A DNA stretch of 64,000 nt, from NCBI GenBank assembly GCA_964016885.1, contig OZ024749.1, positions 27,032,001 through 27,096,000 of the forward strand, read 5' to 3'. How positions within the stretch are numbered: the first letter of the stretch is position 1; every line of letters starts with the position of its first letter. Source of the DNA: Eledone cirrhosa (taxonomy: Eukaryota). Below, in pieces: positions 28,456-42,410 of this stretch. Made by a program: the position numbers and the translations under genes. The notes under the pieces are model-generated. The model saw only the letters and a list, made by a program, of their open reading frames with translations. It searched no databases and was not told the DNA's origin.

Positions 28456-28689
28456 TATCATCATCCCCACCACCGTTTGACGTCCATTTTCCATGCTTGC
28501 ATGGGTTAGACAGCCCATCCACGTCATAAAACAAGTCTGACATCGTTGGCCGCACTATACGTTACTCAGATGGAACTGTAAAATTGGTCGGATTTTTACA
28601 GCTGGAAGCCAAACAGGGAGCCCCTTAATCCTAAGTGAAGACCAGTTTAGTATGAAGTGGACCTTAAGTAGATGACACCACCCTTCATT

Positions 28690-29095
28690 TGTCTACTACT
28701 ACTACTACTACTACAACTGCTATTACAGCAACTGCTATTACTGCTACTGCTATTACTGCTACTACTACTGCCAATTCTGCTACTACTGCTGCTTCTGCTA
28801 CTACTAGTGCTGCTACTACTACTACTATGCCTGCTGCTGCTGCTACTATGGCTGCTGCTACTACTACTACTGCTGCTGCTACTGCCACTACCACCACTTC
28901 TCCGCCCAGACACACCCCCTAATAGTTCTCAAGTCATAAATATTGAGGTAAGTAAACTTGAAAGTTTAGTTGAGTCAATATTCACAAATTTATTGTCTAC
29001 CACTACTACCACCACCACCACCACCACTACTACTACCACCACTACCAGTACTACTACCACCATCACCACCACTACTACTACCACTACCACTACAC
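28690..29095. repeat. (CTA/CTG)n and (CCA/CTA)n trinucleotide tracts
   Basis: Direct inspection. Confidence 0.9.
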
Positions 29096-29280
29096 CCCAC
29101 CCTCCACCTCTAATCGTTCTCAAGTAGTAAATATTATTATATATCGTGTGGTGATACTTGAAATTTTAGTTGAGTCAACAGCCACTAAATTATTGTCCAC
29201 TCCTATCAAAGTTGTTGATTTGTAGTCATTGAGGCAATGGTCAATAAACTGATGTGCCCTGGAGTGGGATTAGGTGTGCA

Positions 29281-32200
29281 TGATAGTGACCACATCTGGC
29301 CTCCAGTCACCAGATATATGATTGTGACTACATCTGGCCTCCAGTCACCAGATATATAGACATATGATTGTGACTAGATCTGGCCTCCAGTCACCAGATA
29401 TATAGACATGATTGTGACTACATCTGGCCTGCAGTCACCAGATATATAGACATATGATAGTGACCACATCTGGCCTCCAGTCACCAGATATATAGACATA
29501 TGATAGTGACCACATCTGGCCTCCAGTTACCAGATATATAGACATATGATAGTGACCACATCTGGCCTCCAGTCACCAGATATATAGACATATGATAGTG
29601 ACCACATCTGGCCTCCAGTCACCAGATATATAGACATGATTGTGACTACATCTGGCCTCCAGTCACCAGATATATAGACATATGATAGTGACCACATCTG
29701 GCCTCCAGTCACCAGATATATAGACATATGATAGTGACCACATCTGGCCTCCAGTCACCAGATATATAGACATATGATAGTGACCACATCTGGCCTCCAG
29801 TTACCAGATATATAGACATATGATTGTGACCACATCTGGCCTCCAGTCACCAGATATATAGACATATGATAGTGACCACATCTGGCCTCCAGTCACCAGA
29901 TATATAGACATATGATAGTGACCACATCTGGCCTCCAGTCACCAGATATATAGACATATGATTGTGACCACATCTGGCCTCCAGTCACCAGATATATAGA
30001 CATGATTGTGACTACATCTGGCCTCCAGTCACCAGATATATAGACATGATTGTGACTACATCTGGCCTCCAGTCACCAGATATATAGACATATGATAGTG
30101 ACCACATCTGGCCTCCAGTCACCAGATATATTGACATATGATAGTGACCACATCTGGCCTCCAGTCACCAGATATATAGACATATGATAGTGACCACATC
30201 TGGCCTCCAGTTACCAGATATATAGACATATGATTGTGACCACATCTGGCCTCCAGTCACCAGATATATAGACATATGATAGTGACCACATCTGGCCTCC
30301 AGTTACCAGATATATAGACATATGATTGTGACTACATCTGGCCTCCAGTCACCAGATATATAGACATATGATAGTGACCACATCTGGCCTCCAGTTACCA
30401 GATATATAGACATATGATAGTGACCACATCTGGCCTCCAGTCACCAGATATATAGACATATGATAGTGACCACATCTGGCCTCCAGTCACCAGATATATA
30501 GACATGATTGTGACTACATCTGGCCTCCAGTCACCAGATATATAGACATATGATAGTGACCACATCTGGCCTCCAGTCACCAGATATATAGACATATGAT
30601 AGTGACCACATCTGGCCTCCAGTCACCAGATATATAGACATATGATAGTGACCACATCTGGCCTCCAGTTACCAGATATATAGACATATGATTGTGACCA
30701 CATCTGGCCTCCAGTCACCAGATATATAGACATATGATAGTGACCACATCTGGCCTCCAGTCACCAGATATATAGACATATGATAGTGACCACATCTGGC
30801 CTCCAGTCACCAGATATATAGACATATGATTGTGACCACATCTGGCCTCCAGTCACCAGATATATAGACATGATTGTGACTACATCTGGCCTCCAGTCAC
30901 CAGATATATAGACATGATTGTGACTACATCTGGCCTCCAGTCACCAGATATATAGACATATGATAGTGACCACATCTGGCCTCCAGTCACCAGATATATT
31001 GACATATGATAGTGACCACATCTGGCCTCCAGTCACCAGATATATAGACATATGATAGTGACCACATCTGGCCTCCAGTTACCAGATATATAGACATATG
31101 ATTGTGACCACATCTGGCCTCCAGTCACCAGATATATAGACATATGATAGTGACCACATCTGGCCTCCAGTTACCAGATATATAGACATATGATTGTGAC
31201 TACATCTGGCCTCCAGTCACCAGATATATAGACATATGATTGTGACTACATCTGGCCTCCAGTCACCAGATATATAGACATATGATTGTGACTACATCTG
31301 GCCTCCAGTCACCAGATATATAGACATGATTGTGACTACATCTGGCCTCCAGTCACCAGATATATAGACATATGATAGTGACCACATCTGGCCTCCAGTC
31401 ACCAGATATATAGACATATGATAGTGACCACATCTGGCCTCCAGTCACCAGATATATAGACATATGATTGTGACCACATCTGGCCTCCAGTCACCAGATA
31501 TATAGACATGATTGTGACTACATCTGGCCTCCAGTCACCAGATATATAGACATATGATAGTGACCACATCTGGCCTCCAGTCACCAGATATATAGACATA
31601 TGATAGTGACCACATCTGGCCTCCAGTCACCAGATATATAGACATATGATAGTGACCACATCTGGCCTCCAGTCACCAGATATATAGACATATGATTGTG
31701 ACCACATCTGGCCTCCAGTCACCAGATATATAGACATGATTGTGACTACATCTGGCCTCCAGTCACCAGATATATAGACATATGATAGTGACCACATCTG
31801 GCCTCCAGTCACCAGATATATAGACATATGATAGTGACCACATCTGGCCTCCAGTCACCAGATATATAGACATATGATAGTGACCACATCTGGCCTCCAG
31901 TTACCAGATATATAGACATATGATTGTGACTACATCTGGCCTCCAGTCACCAGATATATAGACATGATTGTGACGACATCTGGCCTCCAGTCACTAGATA
32001 TATAGACATATGATAGTGACCACATCTGGCCTCCAGTCACCAGATATATAGACATATGATTGTGACTACATCTGGCCTCCAGTCACCAGATATATAGACA
32101 TGATTGTGACTACATCTGGCCACCAGTCACCAGATATATAGACATATGATTGCGACCACATCTGCCCTCCAGTCACCAGATATATAGACACACGATAGTG

Positions 32201-32558
32201 ACCACATCTGGCCTCCAGTCACCAGATATATAGACATATGATTGTGACCACATCTGGCCTCCAGTCACCAGATATATAGACACATCATAGTGACCACATC
32301 TGGTCACCAGATATATAGACACATGATAGTAACCACATCTGGCCTCGTCACCAGATATATAGATATATGATTGTGACCACATCTGGTCACCAGATATATA
32401 GACACATGATTGTGACTACATCTGGCCACCAGTCACCAGATATATAGATATATAGACATATGATAGTGACCACATCTGGCTTCCAGTCACCAGATATAGA
32501 GAGACATGATAGTGACCACATCTGGTCACCAGTCACCAGATATATAGAGACATGATAG
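29281..32558. repeat. 46-bp (and 44-bp variant) satellite, about 72 copies, with higher-order structure
   Basis: Unit GATAGTGACCACATCTGGCCTCCAGTCACCAGATATATAGACATAT; period 46 (29461, 29507). Confidence 0.97.
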
Positions 32559-32609
32559 GACTGGGTAGAGCTCATTATTACAACACCCCAGAGACTTCAT
32601 ACTTTAAAC

Positions 32610-32810
32610 TCATAATAATGATTTCTTTATTAACCACAAGGGTTTACATAAAGTAGACATTAAGGACAGTGCAGGACAATGCAGGACGGTACAAATGGGC
32701 ATTTCTGCGTGTAAAAAAACAAAAACAGAGGATGTAACAAAAATAACAATGAAAATAACAATGAAAAATTCCCCAATAGGGGGGAGACTTCGGAGGGACA
32801 TTTGTAATAA
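32610..32810 (-). mobile_element. Probable LINE 3' UTR (L1/Tx1-like end)
   Basis: Reverse complement ends CCCTTGTGGTTAATAAAGAAATCATTATT, similar to the GCCCTGTGYGGCTAATAAAGAAA ends at about 24555-24585 and 24900-24930. Confidence 0.45.
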
Positions 32811-32914
32811 AACCAGAACTGGTCACCATCTGATCAATAATCCAGTGCATTAACCTCTATAATAGCATTGGGTGGGACTCCAAAGCGCTAGGTGGGACCT
32901 GTAAGCTCAAAGGT

Positions 32915-34040
32915 GACAGAGAGGGAGAGGTGACAGAGAGGTAAGGTGCGATGACAAGGAGAGAGTGATGACAGAGAGGGGGTTGTATTGGGAGTGATGA
33001 AAGAGAGGCAAGTGTGTCAGGGACTGATGACAGAGACGGGGGTGTATCAGGGAGTGATGACAGAGACGGGGGTGTATCAGGGAGTGATGACAGAGACGGG
33101 GGTGTATCAGGGAGTGATGACAGAGACGAAGGTGTATCAGGGAGTGATGACAGAAAGGGAGGTGTATCAGATGTGATGACAGAAAGGGAGGTGTATCAGA
33201 TGTGATGACAGAGAGGAAGGTGTATTAGATGTGATGACAGAGAGGGAGGTGTATCAGGGAGTGATGACAGAGACAAGGTGTATCAGGGAGTGATGACAGA
33301 GACGGAGGTGTATCAGGGAGTGATGACAGAAAGGAAGGTGTATTAGGGACTGATGACAGACAGGGAGGTGTATCAGGGAGTGATGACAGAGAGAGAGGTG
33401 TATTAGGGAGTGATGACAGAGACGACGGTGTATCAGGGAGTGATGACAGAGAGGGAGGTGTATCAGGGAGTGATGACAGACAGGGAGGTGTATCAGGGAG
33501 TGATGACAGAGAGAGAGGTGTATTAGGGAGTGATGACAGAGACGACGGTGTATCAGGGAGTGATGACAGAGAGGGAGGTGTATCAGGGAGTGATGACAGA
33601 CAGGGAGGTGTATCAGGGAGTGATGACAGAGAGAGAGGTGTATTAGGGAGTGATGACAGAGACGAAGGTGTATCAGGGAGTGATGACAGAGGGCAGGGAG
33701 TGATGACAGAGAGGGAGGTGTATCAGGGAGTGATGACAGAGGGAGGTGTTACAGGGAGTGATGACAGAGAGGGAGGTGTTACAGGGAGTGATGACAGAAA
33801 GGGAGCTGTACCAAGAGTGATGACAGAAAGAGAGGTGTATCAGGGACTGATGACAGAGATGGAGGTGTATCAGGGAGTGATGACAGAGACGAGGTGTATC
33901 AGGGAGTGATGACAGAGACGAAGGTGTATTAGGGAGTGATGACAGAGATGAAGGTGTATTAGGGAGTGATGACAGAGAGGGAGGTGTATCAGAGACGGGA
34001 GGGGGATATCAGGAGTGATGACAGAGAGAGATGTGTATCA
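32915..34040. repeat. 30-bp purine-rich minisatellite
   Basis: Unit GGGAGTGATGACAGAGAGGGAGGTGTATCA. Confidence 0.95.
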
Positions 34041-34100
34041 GGAAAGGAGTGACAAAAAGACAACAATGATGACAGAATGATGCCCCCTCCACCCACATAC

Positions 34101-34232
34101 AATAAAACCATTGACTGTTAACGTAAGGACCCTGAGCTTGGCAAAGAGTCACAAGATCTGTTAAAGAACATTGAACCTGTGAACCAGCAAATGCAGTCAA
34201 CTGCTTACGTGCAACCTGACACACCGAGGAAC
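34101..34232 (-). CDS. Candidate 132-nt internal coding exon of an unidentified host gene
   Basis: Unique sequence between two satellites. Acceptor ..GACTGTGTCAG| and donor |GTATGT, length divisible by 3, open frame GSSVCQVARKQLTAFAGSQVQCSLTDLVTLCQAQGPYVNSQWFY; no family recognised. Confidence 0.35.
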
Positions 34233-34674
34233 CTGACACAGTCAACAACAACAACAACAACGAGATAACAGTAAAATAATAATAATATTCAATTAAAAAA
34301 TGGAATAAATTAACAATATTGCATTTGGGCAACACTTCAAAAATACTTTGTTCTGACCCAACCCAAGTTCTATCTGGCAGAAATGCCAAGCAAATTCTTC
34401 ATTCATTCTAAAACCAAAATGAACAGACAAGAGAATTCCTTTTTTTTTTCTTTTATTTTTTTTTTGTATCTCTTTGTTTTGTTCTTTGGGTGCTTTTGTT
34501 TTTGTTTGTATCTTTTGTTTGTTTGTATCTTTTGTTTTTGTTTTTTTTTTGTTTTTATTTGTATTCAAGTATTTTACATTTAGTTTGTGTTATCTTGGCT
34601 GGGATAGATTTTATGTTGTTACAATGTTGCACATTTGCAAAAGTGTGTAGCTATTGGTATGACACCTGTATGCC

Positions 34675-35645
34675 ATACACTGTTGTTAACCAACCAGCTA
34701 TATGTCCTACACTGTTGCTAACCAACCAGCTATATGCCATACACTGTTGCTAACCAACCAGCTATATGTCCTACACTGTTGTTAACCAACCAGCTATATG
34801 TCCTACACTGTTAACCAACCAGCTATATGTCCTACACTGTTGCTAACCAACCAGCTATATGCCATACACTGTTGCTAACCAACCAGCTATATGTCCTACA
34901 CTGTTGTTAACCAACCAGCTATATGTCCTACACTGTTGTTAACCAACCAGCTATATGTCCTACACTGTTGCTAACCAACCAACTATATGTCCTACACTGT
35001 TGTTAACCAACCAGCTATATGTCCTACACTGTTGTTAACCAATCAGCTATATGTCCTACACTGTTGCTAACCAACCAACTATATGTCCTACACTGTTGCT
35101 AACCAACCAACTATATGTCCTACACTGTTGCTAACCAACCAGCTATATGCCATACACTGTTGCTAACCAACCAGCTATATGTCCTACACTGTTGTTAACC
35201 AACCAGCTATATGTCCTACACTGTTAACCAACCAGCTATATGTCCTACACTGTTGTTAACCAACCAGCTATATGTCCTACACTGTTGTTAACCAACCAGC
35301 TATATGTCCTACACTGTTGCTAACCAACCAGCTATATGCCCTACACTGTTGCTAACCAACCAGCTATATGTCCTACACTGTTGCTAACCAACCAGCTATA
35401 TGTCCTACACTGTTGTTAACCAACCAGCTATATGTCCTACACTGTTGTTAACCAACCAGCTATATGCCCTACACTGTTGGTAACCAACCAGCTATATGCC
35501 CTACACTATTGGTAACCAACCAGCTATATGCCCTACACTGTTACTAACCAACCAGCTATATGTCCTACACTGTTGCTAACCAACCAGTTACTGCCCTACA
35601 CTGTTGCTAACCAACCAGCTATATGTCCTACACTGTTGCTAACCA
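34675..35645. repeat. 32-bp minisatellite, about 30 copies
   Basis: Unit CTACACTGTTGCTAACCAACCAGCTATATGTC. Confidence 0.95.
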
Positions 35646-35764
35646 ATTATATGTACCCATGTGTACCTATTTTTGTGCACACCTGTGTGTCAAATTATGT
35701 CCCTTTATTTCAAAAAGCTAAAGTTAACCATGATATCTCAGGGGGGGGGGGGAATCACTGGACA

Positions 35765-36103
35765 GATTTGTAGCTTGGAGATCAGAGAGTCACTCCAGCT
35801 AGAGCTGCTACTTCTCCGAATTGAGAGATCACAGCTCCAATACTATGGGCATGTGGTTAGAATATCTTAGGAAAGAAATGCTGGGCAGATTTTATGGACA
35901 AAACCAACTAGCAGGAGACACAGTGGAAGACCCACCTCAAGCAAGATGGTTGGATAACATCTATGAGCTCAGGTGGTATCAATTTGGGATCCAACCAGAT
36001 CAATTGGAGATGGTTGTTTCTGACAGGACCCACTAAAAGGATTGTTTGAGGACTGCCACACCTACAAAACTCCCAGGAATGGGTGGACAAAGAAGATAAG
36101 ATG
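35765..36103 (+). mobile_element. RTE-C 3' fragment
   Basis: EIRESLQLELLLLRIERSQLQYYGHVVR; homologous to 8930-9241. Confidence 0.82.
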
Positions 36104-36240
36104 AAGTTATCCATTTGACAAACAGAAATGGTAAAATAAGTACTGATGTGAAACAAGTATTGAGTTTGTTATGGTTGACTAAAGACTGTAGGAGATGGAC
36201 TCCAGCATAGCCACAGGTCCAATGACTGAGACTAGGATAA

Positions 36241-36503
36241 CCTTTTAATATTTAAACCGGCTGTATCCGGCCAGAATTCTCTCACCTCTTTATGTTCAAA
36301 CCAGCCATAACCAGCCAGAATTCTCTCACCTCTTTATGTTCAAACCAGCCATAACCAGCCACTTATACTGATGTTAAAGTATTGTTCTCAAAATAAATAT
36401 CAAAATCTCATAGGTTCAATATTATGTGAGATACTTATGTGAGATAAAGCCTTTACTGTGAAATTACAATAGTATATATAGAGTAATGTAAATGCTAAAA
36501 GGG
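36241..36503 (+). mobile_element. piggyBac-type MITE with an internal duplication of about 43 bp
   Basis: Homologous to 2071-2285; ends GCTAAAAGGG|TTAA. Confidence 0.8.
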
Positions 36504-36999
36504 TTAAGGGTAGAAAATATGTCATTTCTTTACCACATGAATGAACACAGAATATTTAGAAATTTGAGAATTGTTGGAATGAATCATTAGCTTCAAATAA
36601 ATATATCTAAATATGTGTGTGTGTGTGTGTCTATATACATACTTGCAGACACACACATGCACACACACACATACACACACACATGTATATATATATATAT
36701 ATATACACACATACACAAGCATTCGTATAATTTCTGCCCTAAATATTACTAGATCCTTGATATTTTACACAATAAAAATGAAAAACAAAAAGAAAGAAAA
36801 GATATTTCTAAATATATCAATAAACCAACTACCCCCCCCCCCCTTCCACACACACACACAAATAAGCTAAACCTAAAAAAAAAAAGGAACAAGATCTTCC
36901 ATAGCTTTTTTGAAAAACTTTGTCTTTCCATAGATTATAATTAATATAGTCAGGCTGAAGACAATCACCCAAGTGCTAGTGTCACAAAATACACCCAGC

Positions 37000-37440
37000 T
37001 CCACCACCATTACCACTGCCATCATCTACACTACTACCACCACCATTACCACCATCACCATCAACACCATTACCACTATCCTCACAATAACCACTAGACC
37101 ACCAACAACACCATTACCTCCATCAGCTCCATTATCATGAATACCAACACTAGACCACCATCATCATCATTACCACCTTCAACACCACCATCAACACCAT
37201 CCCCAACAACACATCAATACTACCACCATACCACCAACACCACCACCACCATCATCAACACCAACACCATCAATACTACCATTATCACCAACAGCAACAC
37301 TAGACCACCAACACCATCACTATCACCAAGATCACCACCATTATCACCAGCACTAACACTAGACTACCAACACCACCATCAACACCATTACCGCCACCAA
37401 CACAATTACCGCCACCATCATCATCACCACCAACAACAAT
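37000..37440. repeat. Degenerate (CAC/CAT/CAA)n tract
   Basis: Direct inspection. Confidence 0.85.
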
Positions 37441-37617
37441 TGCACTATAAAATATTTCGGTTACAAATTCTTATCTTATCAGAAAGCAGAAAATAAAGCT
37501 GCCGCCAATCCTAATAATACAAGACACCCAATACTGTTATTTAGCATAACCCCTGCAATACCTCATACGTTCCACATCCCTTACTAACAGGGTTCATATT
37601 TAAATTAAAATCTCAAA

Positions 37618-37792
37618 GTGCAGGCATGACTGTATGGCTAAGGAGTTTGCTCCACAACCACATGGTTTCAAGCTTAGTCCCACTGTGTGGCAAGTGATAC
37701 CTTAGGCAAGTTACTTCTGCTATTTTTAGCCTTCAATGCTGACTACCAATGCCTTGTATGTAAAATTTGGTAGGCAAAAACTAAAGAAACCC
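37618..37792 (+). mobile_element. Old tRNA-derived CORE-like SINE (family C), 5' half
   Basis: Degenerate tRNA head, then ACCTTAGGCAAGTTACTTCTGCTAT; related minus-strand piece at about 46810-46955. Confidence 0.6.
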
Positions 37793-37794
37793 TT

Positions 37795-38240
37795 TTTCGC
37801 TCATTTATTCCTGAGAGGGTTGTGGGCAACAGAGTCCTCAAACACTTCTTCCAGCGGGTCCTGTCAGAAGCAACCGTCTGCAACTGATCCAGCTGGATCC
37901 CCAAGCATAATCACCCAAGCTCATGGATATTATCTAACCATCTTGCTTGGGGTCTATCCCTGGGTCTCCTGCCGGTTGGTTTTGCCCATAAAATCTGTCC
38001 AGCGATTCTTCCGTGAGACAATCTAACCACGTGCCCATAGTATCAGAGCTGTGATCTCTCAATTTGGAGAAGTAGCAGCTCTACTTGGAGTGACTTTCTG
38101 ATCTCCAAGCTACACACTTTATTGAGTAAATTTACTCCAAAGACCCTTCAGCAGAATCCCATTTTGGCTGCTTGTATTTGTGATCACATTCTTTCGGTCA
38201 TTACCCAAGATTCATGACCATAGCTAAGGATTGGTACAGA
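37795..38240 (-). mobile_element. RTE-C 3' fragment
   Basis: Reverse complement is homologous to 8820-9241. Confidence 0.82.
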
Positions 38241-38354
38241 AACCCATCATAAATAAATATATAAGGATTTTGGTTTAAGTTTAATTACTTCTCTGAGTAG
38301 ATAACTTATTAATATATCTTATCCTTTCATTAAGATTTCTAAGTATTAGAGAGA

Positions 38355-38665
38355 TCATCATCATCATTTTACATCCGCTTTTCCCTGCTTGCAAGGGTGG
38401 GACGGGAACTGATTCTGGCTTGATTTCTACAGCTGGATGCCCTTCCTAACACCAACTGGGTGATTTTTGCCGTGGCACCTCCACGACCACTTTGCAGTGG
38501 AATGATAGGGACCCCAGTCCCTATCATCTCATTTCTACAGCTGAGTAAACTGGAACAATGTGAAATAAAGTGTCTTGCTCAAGGAACCGACACATCACCC
38601 GGTCTGAAAATTGAACTCACAACCTTTCGATTGCAAGCCCAATGCTCTAACCACTAAGCCATGTA
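38355..38665 (-). mobile_element. CORE-SINE family A with internal deletion
   Basis: Homologous to 25831-26162. Confidence 0.88.
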
Positions 38666-38854
38666 ACTACTCTATCATTGTTAAGCAGATTTAGACAGTT
38701 TTGGCTGCTGTTTCCAGCGTCACTACAAGCCCGTCACTTAAATTATATAAGGGAAACACCATCAATAATATATAGAGCAGGTGTATATAACAAGGTATAT
38801 AACAAGCATAGGATATAACAAATACTAAAATTGAAAAGAATTCCTTATATATAT

Positions 38855-39520
38855 ACTGTTCAGAGACGTGCAACCAAGCGCATACCCTCCATCAGACACC
38901 TACCATACTCTGAACGCCTTGCTTCCCTGGGCATGGATTCATTGAAGCTCCGACGTCTGGCAATGGACTTGGTGAATACCCACAAAGTTTTTAACCATCT
39001 CGCCAATTGCAACCCTGAGCGCCTCTTTGATCTCCATGTGTCTAACACACGTGGACATGCCTACAAGATCAGAAAACAGCACAGCTCCCATGACTTTCGT
39101 AGACATTTTTTCACGCTCAGAGTTGCTGAAGCATGGAACAAACTGCCTGCGTCAATTGTTAGCTGCCGAGACACTGCATCCTTTAAGACACTCATGCTTC
39201 CCAAAATACGCCAAAACTACACCTGATGTACCCCTTCCATACACATGCACACGTGTGTATCATGACTCGTGCACTGTTCATTTTACTGATGTTTGTGCAT
39301 TGCCCTATGTACTGTACATGCACTTTTTTGATGAGTTGTGGTGCACCTGGGCACTGTACACAATATTTCATTATTGTTATCATTATTATATCATGACTCA
39401 TACACTGTTCATTTTCCTGACATTTGTACATTATTCTATGTACTATACATGCACCTTTGATGAGTTGTAGTGCACCTGAGCACTGTACACAATAATTTCA
39501 TTATTATTATTATTATTATT
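38855..39520 (+). mobile_element. CR1-group LINE 3' end with duplicated 3' terminus and (TTA)n tail
   Basis: VQRRATKRIP..YSERLASLG..LKLRR..NTRGHAYK..FFTLRVAEAWNKLP is the typical CR1 ORF2 C-terminus; TGATGAGTTGT.GTGCACCTG.GCACTGTACACAAT occurs twice. Confidence 0.88.
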
Positions 39521-39697
39521 ATAATATACGCACGCACACACGTTATATATACATACACACACATATATATATAGTAATAAATATTTCAGATGATCCTGCT
39601 TAAGGTGAAAAATTTTTTGCTTAAACATTTAATCTGTACGAATAACAAATATATATATATATATATATGCACACACATACATATATACAAACATTAC

Positions 39698-39747
<50 letters not shown>

Positions 39748-39750
<3 letters not shown>

Positions 39751-40122
39751 TCATCATACGTCCGCTTTTCCCTGCTTGCAAGGGTGGGATGGGAACTGAT
39801 TATGGCTTGATTTCTACAGCTGGATGCCCTTCTTAACACCAACCTCATTTACAGTGAGTGCTGGGTGCTTTTTTTTCCGTGGCACCTACACGTCCACTTT
39901 ACAGTGTGGGCTGGGTGCTTTTTTGCCATGGCACTTCCAAGACCACTTTGCAGTGGAATGATATGGACCCCAATCCAATCATCTCATTTCTACAGCTGAG
40001 TAAACTGGAGCAATGTGAAATAAAGTGTCTTGCTCAAGGAAACAACACATCACCCAGTCTGCGAATTGAACTCACAACCTTTCGATTGCAAGCCCAATGC
40101 TCTAACCACTAAGCCATGTGCC

Positions 40123-40124
<2 letters not shown>
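39748..40124 (-). mobile_element. Full-length CORE-SINE family A with duplicated internal module
   Basis: TTTACAGTG.G.GCTGGGTGCTTTTTT.CC.TGGCAC module present twice. Confidence 0.9.
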
Positions 40125-40157
<33 letters not shown>

Positions 40158-40914
40158 CCTTGTTAAGTAGTAGTTCTGGAGTCATGCAAAAAAAACTTCT
40201 AGTCCACAGTATAAAGAGGTTGGAGTTAGGAAGGGCCTGCAGCTGTAGAAACCAAGCCAAATTGACAGAGTTATTATATCAGCTGTTTAATACTGTTTTG
40301 GTATTTTTGTTCTGGCATTCTGCCCTCTCTGGAAGAAATCGGCTATGTTCCGATGTGGAGAGGGATAGGTTCCAACAAATTTTAAATGCTCCAGACATAC
40401 CAACCAGACCGCTTTCGAAAAGTACAAAATAACAGTATGACTGTGTCAGATTAAAGATTACAGTTATTGCTCTATTACTGCAAATTTTCACAACAATCTG
40501 TCCATGAGTAAAGATACTATAAACATCTAAACAGACCATATGAAACCACATTAACAAGGCATTCTTATAAAAGTACAAAATAGCAATATGTTTACCAGCC
40601 TCATGTGGCTGTAAACATCATCATTGTCATTTAACGATCATTTTCCCAGTTAGCATGGGTTGGACACGTCAGAGACAGACCAGTCAAGACACAAGCAGAG
40701 CTTCTGACCTCAAGGTAAGACCAGGCGGTAATGGATGGGGGTTTGATATATACTTTTTGTGTAATTGTGTGTATGTTCGTATGTGTGTGATCATGTGCAT
40801 GATTGTGTGTGTGTGCATGTTCATGTGTAAGTGCGTGTATATGGATTACAGTACAACTGTATGTGTATATTTAAACAACTGCATGTGCATTTGTGTATGT
40901 ATGCATATGTTGAT

Positions 40915-41345
40915 GTCAATCACCAGAACTGCTAGGAGGCAGTCCACTATCAGAACAGCTAGGAGGGTGTCCACTACCAGAACAGCTAGGAGGGTGTCCA
41001 CTACCAGAACAGCTAGGAGGGTGTCCACTATCAGAACAGCTAGGAGGGTGTCCACTACCAGAACAGCTAGGAGGGTGTCCACTACCAGAACAGCTAGGAG
41101 GGTGTCCACTACCAGAACAGCTAGGAGGGTGTCCACTACCAGAACAGCTAGGAGGGTGTCCACTACCAGAACAGCTAGGAGGGTGTCCACTACCAGAACA
41201 GCTAGGAGGGTGTCCACTACCAGAACAGCTAGGAGGCAGTCAATCACCAGAACAGCTAGGAGGCAGTCAATCACCAGAACAGCTAAGAAGCTGTCCACTA
41301 CCAGAACAGCTAGGACGCTGTTAATCACCAGAACTGCTAGTACAC
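40915..41345. repeat. 27-bp minisatellite
   Basis: Unit ACCAGAACAGCTAGGAGGGTGTCCACT; followed by a SINE/RTE tail-like motif. Confidence 0.93.
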
Positions 41346-41579
41346 ACTGTAAAGTGGTTGGTGATAGGAGGGGCATCAAACCATGGAAGGCTTGCCAAAC
41401 GGAGTGTTGGGAGGATCCTCAGTTGTGTTAAAGACATGACAACCTCTTCTCCTGTGCACTCAGTAGAACACGAAATGACAGATCCCTAGCCTGTCTAAGA
41501 GATCAGTGGCCTCACTTCAGTACTGACTTGGTCTATGCAGACCCATCCAACCCTTGCTAGCAGGGAAATTAGATGATGA

Positions 41580-41628
<49 letters not shown>

Positions 41629-41874
41629 ACATTCTAACTCCAATAAAAATTCAGCTTTATAATGAGGCTTCGTTAAGCTAATTACTATAAATAATCTTTT
41701 GTTTCTAGTCACAAGATAAAACTATTATTATTAATGTGGTGAATTGGCAGAATCGTTAGAGCATAAAACTAAATGCTTTCTGGTATTTGTTACAGCATTG
41801 TGTGTGTTCTGAGTTAAGTTCAAATCCTAGACTTCCAATCAACTGCATCTGGCCTCAAATATGAAATCCTGCAC

Positions 41875-42300
41875 ACCAGTAATGTAAACCTGGTAGTGCT
41901 GGTTGGTGCCATGATAAAATGCACCGAGCCCACTCTGTAAAATTGGTAGTGCTGGTTGGTGCCATGATAAAATACACCCAATCTACTCTGTAAAAGTGAT
42001 AGTACTGGTTGGTGCCATAATAAAATGCACTCAGTCCACTCTGTATAGTGGTAGTGTTGATTGCTGTCACAATAAAATGCATCCTGTACACTCTACAAAG
42101 TGATAGTGTTGGTTACTGCCATGATAAAATCCACCCAATCCACTTGTAAAGTGGTAAAGCTAGTGCCATGATAAAATGCACCCAGTCCAGTCTGTAAAGT
42201 AGTAGTGCTGGTGCCATTATAAAATGTACCCAGTATATAGTGTAAAGGTAGGCATTGGGAAGGGTAGGCATTGGGAAGGGCATCCAGCCATAGAAACTAT
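41875..42300 (+). repeat. Array of SINE-module-derived units of about 47-50 bp running into the GGAAGGGCATCCAGCC tail
   Basis: GGTAGTGCTGGTTGGTGCCATGATAAAATGCACCCAGTCCACTCTGTAAA units. Confidence 0.75.
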
Positions 42301-42410
42301 GCCAAAATGGAACATATGAGCAGGGCGAGGTCATCCCACCTATCAAATCTCAGTACATGACAAGCAGCTTAACCTATGCCAACAAGGATATCATCACCAT
42401 TACTGTTTAA

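Noticed and set aside
29281-32558. CRISPR-like look of regularly spaced palindromic repeats
   Set aside because: No unique spacers, no cas genes and a eukaryotic context; it is a plain satellite.
38695-38740. Minus-strand GTGACGG-GC..GC-TGGAAACAGCAGCC resembling a decayed PLE hammerhead
   Set aside because: Two core mismatches, a broken stem III palindrome and no second copy in the window.
40279-40578. Unique stretch with short ORFs on both strands
   Set aside because: No convincing acceptor-donor pair or recognisable domain.
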